From: Heterodontus francisci
Taxonomy: Eukaryota
Length of the DNA: 64,000 bases
Direction of reading: 5' to 3'
Assembly (NCBI RefSeq): GCF_036365525.1
Contig: NC_090374.1
Span: 15,169,168-15,233,167 of the forward strand
The translations under genes and the position numbers were made by a program. Below the pieces are notes generated by a model, which saw only the letters and a program-made list of their open reading frames with translations, was not told the origin of the DNA and did no database searches. Numbering within the stretch: position 1 is the first letter of the stretch; the number at the start of each line of letters is the position of its first letter. Shown here in pieces: positions 48,001-60,000 of this stretch.

Positions 48001-51000
48001 GAGGGTGAGTGAACTTGCAGAACAGGACCACAGGCTTCCCTTCCCTACCCGTCACCCTATCAGGGGTCTCCATGGTCCAGCCATGTTTACTGAGACCTGT
48101 GAGGACACATAGATTTCGTGTCAACCCTTAACTGAGGACAACAGTCAAACACAGCACAGACGAACCACAAAACATCCTGTTTGTCTAATGTCTTTCTGAT
48201 CTTCTTTGGCCTCCTTATCTCGAGAGACCATGGGTAAGCGCCCGGAGGTGGTCAGTGGTGTGTGGAGCAGCGCCTGGAGTGGCTATAAAGGCCAATTCTA
48301 GAGTGACAGGCTCTTCCACAGGTGCTGCAGAAAAATTTGATTGTCGGGGCTGTTACACAGTTGGCTCTTCCCTTGCACCTCTGTCTTTTTTCCTGCCAAC
48401 TGCTAAGTCTCTTCGACTCGCCACTCTTTAGCCCCGCCTTTATGGCTGTCCGCCAGCTCTGGCGAACGCTGGCAACTGACTCCCACAACTTGTGATCAAT
48501 GTCACAGGATTTCATGTCGTGTTTGCAGACATCTTTAAAGCGGAGACATGGACGGCTGATGGGTCTGATACCAGTGGCGAGCTCGCTGTACAATGTGTCT
48601 TTGGGGATCCTGCCATCTTCCATGCGGCTCACATGGCCAAGCTATCTCAAGCGCCGCTGACTCAGTAGTCTGTATAAGCTGGGGATGTTGGCCGTCTCGA
48701 GGACTTCTGTGTTGGAGATACGGTCCTGCCACCTGATGCCAAGTATTCTCCGGAGGCAGCAAAGATGGAATGAATTGAGACGTCGCTCTTGGCTGACATA
48801 CGTTGTCCAGGCCTCGCTGCCATAGAGCAAGGTACTGAGGACACAGGCTTGATACACTCGGACTTTTGTGTTCCGTGTCAGTGCGCCATTTTCCCACACT
48901 CTCTTGGCCAGTCTGGACATAGCAGTGGAAGCCTTTCCCATGCGCTTGTTGATTTCTGCATCTAGAGACAGATTACTGGTGATAGTTGAGCCTAGGTAGG
49001 TGAACTCTTGAACCACTTCCAGAGCGAGGTCGCCAATGTTGATGGATGGAGCATTTCTGACATCCTGCCCCATGATGTTCATTTTCTTGAGGCTGATGGT
49101 TAGGCCAAATTCATTGCAGGCAGCCGCAAACCTGTTGATGAGACTGTGCAGGCACTCTTCAGTGTGAGATGTTAAAGCAGCATCGTCAGCAAAGAGGAAC
49201 AAAGAACAAAGAACAAAGAAAATTACAGCACAGGAACAGGCCCTTCAGCCCTCCAAGCCTGCGCCGATCCAGATCCTCTATCTAAACATGTCGCCTATTT
49301 TCTGAGGGTCTGTATCTCTTTGCTTCCTGCCCATTCATGTATCTGTCTAGATACATCTTAAAAGACGCTATCGTGCCCGCGTCTACCACCCCCGCTGGCA
49401 ACGCATTCCAGGCACCCACCACCCTCTGTGTAAAGAACTATCCACGCATATCCCCCCTAAACTTTTCCCCTCTCACTTTGAACTCGTGACCCCTAGTAAT
49501 TGAATCCCCCACTCTGGGAAAAAGCTTCTTGCTATCCACCCTGTCTATACCTCTCATGATTTTGTACACCTCAATCAGGTCCCCCCTCAACCTCCGTCTT
49601 TCTAATGAAAATAATCCTAATCTGCTCAACCTCTCTTCATAGCTAGCGCCCTCCATACCAGGCAACATCCTGGTGAACCTCCTCTGCACCCTCTCCAAAG
49701 CATCTACATCCTTTTGGTAATGTGGCGACCAGAACTGCACGCAGTATTCCAAATGTGGCCAAACCAAAGTCCTATACAACTGTAACATGACCTGCCAACT
49801 CTTGTACTCAATACCCCGTCCGATGAAGGAAAGCATGCCGTATGCCTTCTTGACCACTCTATTGACCTGCGTTGCCACCTTCAGGGAACAATGGACCTGA
49901 ACACCCAAATCTCTCTGTACATCAATTTTCCCCAGGACTTTTCCACTTACTGTATAGTTCACTCTTGAATTGGATCTTCCAAAATGCATCACCTCGCATT
50001 TGCCCTGATTGAACTCCATCTGCCATTTCTCTGCCCAACTCTCCAATCTATCTATATTCTGCTGTATTCTCTGACAGTCCCCTTCACTATCTGCTACTCC
50101 ACCAATCTTAGTGTCGTCTGCATCAGGAGTTCCCTGATGAGGACTTTCCATACTTTGGACTTCGCTCTTAGACGGGCAAGGTTGAACAACCTGCCCCCTG
50201 ATCTTGTGTGGAGGAAAATTCCTTCTTCCGAGGACTTGAACGCATGTGAAAGCAGCAGGGAGAAGAAAATCCCAAAAAGTGTGGGTGTTTCACACCACTC
50301 AGGATAGGAAAGGGGTCTGATGAGGAGCCACCATGTTGAATTGTGCCTTTCATATTGTCATGGAATGAGGTGATGATACTTAGTAGCTTTGGTGGGCATC
50401 CAATCTTTTCTAGTAGTCTGAAGAGGCCACGTCTGCTGACGAGGTCAAAGGCTTTGGTGAGATCAATGAAAGCAATGTAGAGGGGCATCTGTTGTTCACG
50501 GCATTTCTCCTGTATCTGACGAAGGGAAAACAGCATGTCAACGGTCGATCTCTCTGCACGAAAACCACACTGTGCCTCAGGGTAGACGCGCTCGGCCAGC
50601 TTCTGGAGCCTGTTTAAAGCGACTCAAGCAAAGACTTTCCCCACTATGCTGAGCAGGGAGATTCCACGGTAGTTGTTGCAGTCACCGCGGTCACCTTTGT
50701 TTTTATAGAGGGTGATGATCTTGGCATCGCGCATGTCCTGGGGTACTGCTCACTCGTCCCAGCACAGGCATAGCAGTTCATGTAGTGCTGAGAGTATAGC
50801 AGGCTTGGCACTCTTGATTATTTCAGGGGTAATGCTGTCCTTCCCAGGGGCTTTTCCGCTGGCTAGAGAATCAATGGCATCACTGAGTTCCGATTTTGTT
50901 GGCTGTATACTGTGCTGAATTATGAGCAGTTGTGTGTTGTGTGTTCACGCTCAGTGGGAAATGGGTTGGAGTGCATCCATCTCACTGGACCAAGAGGAAC

Positions 51001-54000
51001 AAAATAGAACCGGATAGAACTTCAGCAGCAGAAGTTGTTTCACACCCCCTGTCTGTAACTACACTTTCCTGGAGAGATTGTTAACCCAACAGAGTATTTG
51101 TCTTTAAAACAAAAGTAAAGAACTAACTTTCATTTACACAGCTTTCTTCAAAAACTCCTATATAACCAGTGAGATACTTTTGAAGCAAAAGAAAAATCCT
51201 GCAGTTGCTGGAAATTTGAAATCGAAAATGCTGGAAATACTCAGCATCTTGTGTGGAGAGAAACAGAGTTAACATTTCTGATCCTTATATCTCTAAACTT
51301 TCTCCAGTTCTCGACGTAACTGGTTTTAAGCAAATACAGAGGCAGGAAAAGCGGGGAGAGGAGGAGAGAGCAACGGGGAAAGTCCGTATGGCATGAGAAG
51401 GGAAACAAAAAGCAATGAAGGTGAACAAGGTAAAAGAGACAAATGGAAATCCGGTCGGAGAGAAGAGCAGAACTTCTTCAGAGTTGCCATTCCTGGAAGA
51501 GAAGTGGCAGTGAATTAAACACTAATACAAAGCAAAATACTGCAGTTGCAGGAAATCTGAAATAAAAACAGAAATTGCTGGAAATACTCAGTAGTCCCTG
51601 TTTTAAGAAAGGGGTAACGAAGCAGCCAATTATGCACAGCAGGATCCCACTAGCAACAATGAAATAAATGGCTATGTCATATGTGTTAGGTTCCTTGAGG
51701 GATAGATGCCCTGCCTGTGCTGGCACTTTCAGACACCTATCTCATTATTTCCACGCCACTGCACTTTCCCTGCAGCCCAAAAGAAATAAACAAAGAGCTT
51801 GCATTAACATATTTTATCTTTCTTGTACTACATATCTGCATTTATACATTATTTATGTAGTTCCTTTCACAATCTGAGAGTGTGTCAAAGAGCTTGACAA
51901 CCAATGAAGTATTTCTGAGTGTTGGAATGTGGAAGACATTATTTGCTGCTGCTAATTAGCACACAGCAAAAATGCCAGAAACTGTAATAAACTAAACAAC
52001 CAGATTTTTAAAATATTCTTTCATGGGATGTGGGTGTTACTGGCAAGGCCAGCATTTGTTGCTCATTCCTAATTACCCTTAACAACTATGTACCTGTGAG
52101 GCAGGGAGGAAGTTGTCGAGCGAGGGAGCCGTGGTTTACTAAAGAAGTTGAAGCGCTTGTCAAGAGGAAGAAGAAGGCTTATGTTAGGATGAGACGTGAA
52201 GGCTCAGTTAGGGCGCTTGAGAGTTACAAGCTAGCCAGGAAGGATCTAAAGGGAGAGCTAAGAAGAGCAAGGAGAGGACACGAGAAGTCATTGGCGGATA
52301 GGATCAGGGAAAACCCTAAGGCTTTCTATAGGTATATCAGGAATAAAAGAATGACCAGAGTTAGATTAGGGCCAATCAAGGATAGTAGTGGGAAGTTGTG
52401 TGTGGAATCAGAGGAGGTAGGGGAAGTGTTAAATGAATATTTTGCGTCAGTATTTACAGTAGAGAAAGAAAATGTTGTCGAGGAGAATACTGAGATTCAG
52501 GCTACTAGGCTAGATGGGATTGAGGTTCACAAGGAAGAGGTGTTGTCAATTTTGGAAAGTGTGAAAATAGATAAGTCCCTTGGGCCAGATGGGATTTATC
52601 CTAGGATTCTCCGGGAAGCTAGGGAGGAGATTGCAGAGCCTTTGTCCTTGATCTTTATGTCGTCATTGTCGACAGGAATAGTGCCGGAAGACTGGAGGAT
52701 AGCAAATGTTGTCCCCTTGTTCAAGAAGGGGAGTAGAGACAGCCCTGGTACTTATAGACCTGTGAGCCTTACTTCGGTTGTGGGTAAAATGTTGGAAAAG
52801 GTTATAAGAGATAGGATTTATAATCATCTTGAAAAGAATAAGTTCATTAGCGATAGTCAGCATGGTTTTGTGACGGGTAGGTCGTGCCTCACAAACCTTA
52901 TTGAGTTTTTCGAGAAGGTGACCAAACAGGTGGATGAGGGTAAAGCAGTGGATGTGGTGTATATGGATTTCAGTAAGGCGTTTGATAAGGTTCCCCATGG
53001 TCGGCTATTGCAGAAAATACGGAAGTATGGGGTTGAAGGTGATTTAGAGCTTTGGATCAGAAATTGGCTAGCTGAAAGAAGACAGAGGGTGGTGGTTGAT
53101 GGCAAATGTTCATCCTGGAGTTTAGTTACCAGTGGTGTACCGCAAGGATCTGTTTTGGGGCCACTGCTGTTTGTCATTTTTATAAATGACCTGGAAGAGG
53201 GTGTAGAAGGGTGGGTTAGTAAATTTGCGGATGACAATAAGGTCGGTGGAGTTGTGGATAGTGCCGAAGGATGTTGTAGGGTACAGAGGGACATAGATAG
53301 GCTGCAGAGCTGGGCTGAGAGATGGCAAATGGAGTTTAATGCGGAAAAGTGCGAGGTGATTCACTTTGGAAGGAGTAACAGGAATGCAGAGTACTGGGCT
53401 AATGGGAAGATTCTTGGTAGTGTAGATGAACAGAGAGATCTTGGTGTCCAGGTGCATAAATCCCTGAAGGTTGCTACCCAGGTTAATAGGGCTGTTAAGA
53501 AGGCATATGGTGTGTTAGCTTTTATTAGTAGGGGGATCGAGTTTCGGAGCCACGAGGTCATGCTGCAGCTGTACAAAACTCTGGTGAGACCGCACCTTGA
53601 GTATTGCGTGCAGTTCTGGTCACCGCATTATAGGAAGGATGTGGAAGCTTTGGAAAGGGTGCAGAGGAGATTTACTAGGACGTTGCCTGGTATGGAGGGA
53701 AGGTCTTATGAGGAAAGGCTGAGGGACTTGAGGTTGTTTTCGTTGGAGAGAAGGAGGAGGAGAGGTGACTTAATAGAGACATATAAGATAATCAGAGGGT
53801 TAGATAGGGTGGATAGTGAGAGTCTTTTTCCTCGGATGGTGATGGCAAACACGAGGGGACATAGCTTTAAGTTGAGGGGTGATAGATATAGGACAGATGT
53901 TAGAGGTAGTTTCTTTACTCAGAGAGTAGTAGGGGCGTGGAACGCCCTGCCTGCAACAGTAGTAGACTCGCCAACTTTAAGGGCATTTAAGTGGTCATTG

Positions 54001-57000
54001 GATAGACATATGGCTGAAAATGGAATAGCGTAGGTCAGATGGTTTCACAGGTCGGCGCAACATCGAGGGCCGAAGGGCCTGTACTGCGCTGTAATGTTCT
54101 AATTCTAATTCTAACTGAGTGGCTTGTTTGGCCATTTCAGAAGGCAGTTAAGAGTTAACCACATTGCTGTGAGTCTGGAGTCACATGTAGGCCAGACCAG
54201 GTAAGGATGGCAGATTTCCTTCTCTAAAGGATATTAGTGAACTAGATGGGTTTTTACGACAATTGATGATAGTTTCATGGCAGCATTACTGACAGTAACT
54301 TTTAAATACAGATTTTTTAATGAATTATATTTAATAATTAATTGACTTTAAATTAGAGTCATACAGCACAGAAACAGGCCCTTCGGCCCACCGGGTCCAT
54401 GCCGGCCATCAAGCCTTTCTATTCTAATCCCATTTTCCAGCACATGGGCCATAGCTGTGTATGTTATGGCGTTTCAAGTGCTCATTTAAATACTACTTAA
54501 ATGTTGTGAGGATTCCTACCGCTAACACCCCTTCAGGCAGATTCCAAAAACCCTCTGGGTGAAATTTTCTTTCCTCAAATCCCCTCTAAACCTCCTGCCC
54601 CTTACATTAAATCTATGCCCTCTGGTTATTGACACCTCCACTAAGGGAAAAAGTTTCTTCCTATCTAACATATCTATGCCCCTCATAATTTTGTATACCT
54701 CAATCAGGTCCCCCCTCAGCCTTCTCTGCTCTAAGGAAAATATCCCTAGCCTATACAGTCTGTCTTCATAGAGTAAATACTCCAGCCCAGGCAACATCCT
54801 GGTGAATCTCCTCTGCACCCTCTCCAGTGCAATCACCACCTTCCTGTAGTGTGGCGACCAGAACTGTACACAGTACTCCAGCTGCGGCCTAACTGGCGTT
54901 TTGTACAGCCCCATCATAACCTCCCTGCTCTTATATTCTAGCCTCAGCTAATAAAGGCAAGTATCCCATATGCCTTCCTAACCACCTTATCTACCTGTGC
55001 TGCTGCCTTCAGTGATCTATGGACAAGTACACCAAGGTCCCTCTGACCCTCTGTACTTCTTAGGGTCCTTCCATCCATTGTATATTCCCTTGCCTTGTTA
55101 GTCCTCCCAAAATGCATCACCTCACACTTCTCAGGATTAAATTCCATTTGCCACAGCTCTGCCCATCTTACCAGCCATCTATATCGTCCTGTAATCTAAG
55201 CCTTTCCTCCTCACTATTTACGACACAACCAATTTTCATGTCATCTGCGTATTTACTGATCATCCCTCCTATATTCTCATCTAAATCATTAATGTACACT
55301 ACAAACAGCAAGGGTCCCAGCACCGATCCCTGCAGTACACCACTGGTCACAGACTTCCACTCGCAAAAACAATCCTCGACCATCACCCTCTGCCTCCTGG
55401 CACTAAGCCAATTTCGGATCCAATTTGCCAAATTGCCCTGGATCCCATGGACACATCTTTTTACCCAATCTCCCATGTGGGACCTTATCAAAAGCCTTAC
55501 TGAAGTCCATGTAGACTACATCAACAGCTTTACCCTCATCTACACATCTAGTCACCTCCTCGAAAAATTCAATCAAATTGGTTAGACACAATCTCCCCCT
55601 GACAAAGCCATGCTGACTATCCTTGATTAATCCCTACCTCTCCAAGTGGAGATTAATCCTGTCCCTCAGAATTTTTTCCAATAGTTTCCCTACCACTGAT
55701 GTTAGACTCACCGGCCTGTAATTACCTGGTTTATCCCTACTACCCTTCTCGAATAATAGTACCACATTTACCGTCTTCCAGTCCTCTGGCACCTTTCATG
55801 TGGCCAGAGAGGATATGAAAATTTGTGTCAGAGCCCTTTCTCCCTTGCCTTATATAACATATTGGGATACATCTCAACTGGGCCTGGGGATTTATCCACT
55901 TTTAAGCCCACTAAAACCGCTAATACTTCCTCCCTTTCAATGTTAATATGTTCAAGTATATCACAATCCCCCTCCCTGATCTCTGCACCTACATTGCCCT
56001 TCTCCATAGTGAACACAGATGAAAAGTAATCATTTAAAACCTCACCTACGTCTTCTGGCTTTACACATAGATTGCCACTTTGGTTCCTAATGGACCCTGC
56101 TCTTTCCCTGGTTATTAGAAATACAGCACTGAAACAGGCCCTTCGGCCCACCGAGTCTGTGCCGACCATCAACCACCCATTTATACTAATCCTACACTAA
56201 TCCCATATTCCTACCAAACATCCCCACCTGTCCCTATATTTCCCTACCACCTACCCATACTAGTGACAATTTATAATGGCCAATTTACCTACCATCCTGC
56301 AAGTCTTTTGGCTTGTGGGAGGAAACCGGAGCACCCAGAAAAAACCCACGCAGACACAGGGAGAACTTGCAAACTCCACACAGGCAGTACCCAGACTCGA
56401 ACCCAGGTCCCTGGAGCTGTGAGGCTGCAGTGCTAACCACTGCACCACTGTGCTATCTTCTTGCCCTTAATATACTTATAAAATGTCTTGGGATTTTCTT
56501 TTATCTTGACCCAGTGTTTTTTCATGCCCCCTCTTCGCTCTCCTAATTACTTTTTAAAGTACCCCCCTACACTCTCTGTACTCCTCTCGGACCTCCTCTG
56601 TTTTCAGCCCTCTAAATCTGCCTCCTTTTTTTTTCCTTATCCAATCCGCTATATCCCTTGACATCCAGGGTTCCCTGGACTTATTGGCCCTACCCTTCAC
56701 CTTAACGGGTACATGTTGGCCCTGAACTCTCACTATTTTCTTTTTGAATGACTCCCACTGGTCTGATGTAGACTTTCCTACAAGTAGCTGCTCCCAGGCA
56801 ATTTTGTCCAGATCCTGTTTTATCATATTGAAATCGGCCTTCCCCCAATTCAGTACCTTTATTTCCGATCCATCTTTGTCCTTTTCCATAACTACCTTAA
56901 ATCTTAGAGTTATGGTCACTATCCCCGAAATGTTCCCCCACTGACAATTCTACCACTTGTCCGGCTTCATTCCTGAGATTAGGTCCAGTACCGCTCCTTC

Positions 57001-60000
57001 TCTTGTAGGACTTTCTGCGTGCTGGCTCAAAAAGCTCTCCTGGATGCACTTTAAGAATTCCGCCCTCTTTAAGCCTTTTGCACCAAGACTTTCTTTTTTT
57101 TTCTTTTGGGCCTCCTTAACTCGAGAGACAATGGATACGCGCCTGGAGGTGGTCAGTTCTTTGTGAAGCAGCGCCTGGAGTGACTATAAAGGACAATTCT
57201 AGAGTGACAGACTCTTCCACAGGTGCTGCAGATAAAATTGGTTGTCGGGGCTGTTGCACAGTTGGCTCTCCCCTTGCGCCTCTGTCTTTTTTCCTGCCAA
57301 CTACTAAGTCTCTTCGTCTCGCCACATTTTAGCCCTGTCTTTATGGCTGCCCGCCAGCTCTGGCGAACGCTGGCAACTGACTCCCACGACTTGTGATCAA
57401 TGTCACAGGATTTCATGTCGCCTTTGCAGACGTCTTTAAAGCGGAGACATGGACGGCCGGTGGGTCTGATACCAGTGGCGAGCTCGCTGAACAATGTGTC
57501 TTTGGGGATCCTGCCATCTTCCATGCGGCTCACATGGCCCAGCTATCTCAAGCGCCGCTGACTCAGTAGTGTGTACAAGCTGGGGATGTTGGCCGCCTCG
57601 AGGACTTCTGTGTTGGAGATACGGTCCTGCCACCTGATGCCAAGTATTCTCCGGAGGCAGCGAAGATGAAATGAATTGAGACGTCGCTCTTGGCCCCAGT
57701 TAATATTGGGGAAGTTGAAATCCCCTACTATTATTACCCTATTATTTTTACACCTCTCTGGGATTTGAGTACATATCTGTTCCTCTATCTCTCCCAGACT
57801 GTTTGGAGGCCTGTAGTACACTCCCAGCAAAGTGATTGCCCCTTTTTGTTTTTAAGTTCTACGGATTTGGCTGCATTTGAGGAACCTTCTGAGATATCAT
57901 CCCTCCTTACTGCAGTAATTGACTCCTTGATCAATAGTACAATGCCACCTCCTCTTTTACACCCCCTCTGTCACGCCTGAAGATTCTATACCCTGGAATA
58001 TTGAGCTGCCAGTCCTGCCCTTCCCTCAACCATGTCTCTGTGTTAGCAAGAATATCATAATCCCATGTGTTAATCAATGCCCTCAATTCATCTGCCTTAC
58101 TAGTAAGAATCCTTAAGTTAAAATAGATGCAATCCAGCCTTGCATTTTTCCCTTGTGCCTTAACCGGTCTATATTTGCTCTGCCTTTCAGACTGACTCAG
58201 TTTCTCTTCTATATTTGACTGTTCATCACCCCCTACTGTACCTCCACTCTGTATCCCATCCCCCTGCCAAATTAGTTTAAACCCCACCCCCCACCCACCC
58301 CACAACAGCACTAGCAAATATCCCAGCAAGGATGTTGGTCCCGTTCCAGTTCAGGTGCAACCCATCCAACTTGTACAGGTCCCACCTTTGCCAGAAACAG
58401 ACCCAGTGATCCAGGAAACTAAAGCCCTCCCTCCTGCACCATCTCTTCAGCCACACATTCATCTGCTCTGTCCTGCTATTCCTATACTCACTCGCACGTG
58501 GCACTGAGAGTAATCCAGAGATTACAACCTTTGTGGTCCTGCTTTTTAATCTGCTACCTGGCTCCCTAAATTCTTGTTGCTGTGGTAGGATGTAAACCGG
58601 TGTCCCCAGGGCATTAGCCTGGGTCTCTAGATTATTAGCTTAATGACATTACCACTCTGCTTCACTTTTTCAGTGGTATTACTTAAGAAATAAATCTTGG
58701 CCAGGACACTAGTCTACTGTATCCTAATCACAGGTATCAAAGGCTATTTAATGGGATAGATTTATTTCTGTGTTCTGTCTAAATTCAGTTCAGATGATCT
58801 CACTCACACTGGCTCTAGCTCTAACCTCCAGCTCCTAATTCACACAATTCACCCCATTTCACACTCCCACTGGAACTGCCAGAGTGAACAAAGACCAAAG
58901 TCCGTTGAGTTCACCAGCTATCATCCTTGTCTTCACATGATGCAATGATAATGGTGTTCCTGAATAATTGTAATGATCAGTCTCTATCAATCAGTCTGTA
59001 CAACCTGTCTTCATAATTTACCGTTTGAGTGCCGGTATCATTCTGGTGAATCTGTGCTGCACCCCCTTCCAAGGACAAGATATCCTTCCAGAGGGGCGGG
59101 GCCTGGAACTGAGATGTGGTCACATCAGAGCTTTATAATAACATAGAAGCAGAAAATGTAAGGCACAGAAGGAGGCCATTTGGCCCATTGGTCAGAGTTT
59201 TCCCATGGGCTTTGGGACCCTGCCATCGGGACCAAATGGGGGTCCCGAGCCCACCTCCATGGTCGCCATCCTATTAATGATGGCAGCCAATCCAATCCAG
59301 AGCCTCGGCAGCAGCACTGGGAGAGGTGAGCTCTGCTGAGGCAGGTCTGAGAGCACCATGGTGTTTCAAAATGGAGGCGCCCCCAGAGAGGTACAAATAA
59401 TTAAATATTTTAGAGGGAGGAAGGCAGCGGGCCCCGCGGAGCAAAGTGGAAAGGCCTCTGGGGGGGCGGGGGGGGATAATCACTGGGGCAGTGAGGTGAC
59501 CTTTCCTTCCTGCTACCCCTACATTGGGGAATGGAGCTTCTGGCTCTGATGACACCCCCTCCCCCCCCCACCTCCCCCCACCGCCTGCCACAGGGAGGCT
59601 GCCTCCATTGAGCTGGTGGCCTCCCCCACAGCTGGGTAGAGAAGGGGGGGGGGGGATGTGGGTGAGGGGGGGGGTCATCAATGGAAAAATGCTGGTGGCC
59701 CAAACTATTTCCCCTAATTGGGGCCTTAATTATTTAAATTGTCTGCCCGCCTTGGTGGAACAGCCAGCCAATCCGCATCCCAGCTTGACTTGGGAAACTC
59801 CCTGGCTGTGGGAATGTATTGGGGATCCATCCCGACACAGCTCCCCCGATTTACTGGCCACTCTCTGACTCTAACCCTCCACGGGTTCTCCATGCATCCG
59901 GAAATTTCTGCCTATCAAATCCGTGCCAGCCGAGACAGAGCTATCCAGCCTGGTCCCACTCTCCAGCTATTGGTCTATAGCCCAGTAGGATACAGCCCTT

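Larger units (their letters stand above)
54355..58580 (-). mobile_element. Near full-length decayed CR1 (ORF1 C-terminus plus ORF2) with nested SINE and RTE
   Basis: WCRREGFSFLDHW..DGLHLN (ORF1); TETWL, YRPPN, KYADD (ORF2). Confidence 0.92.

Noticed and set aside
48125-48175. Hydrophobic MFCGSSVLCLTVVLS just upstream of V1 as an alternative leader
   Set aside because: It runs into a TAA with no convincing donor or intron of adequate length before the 48096 acceptor.
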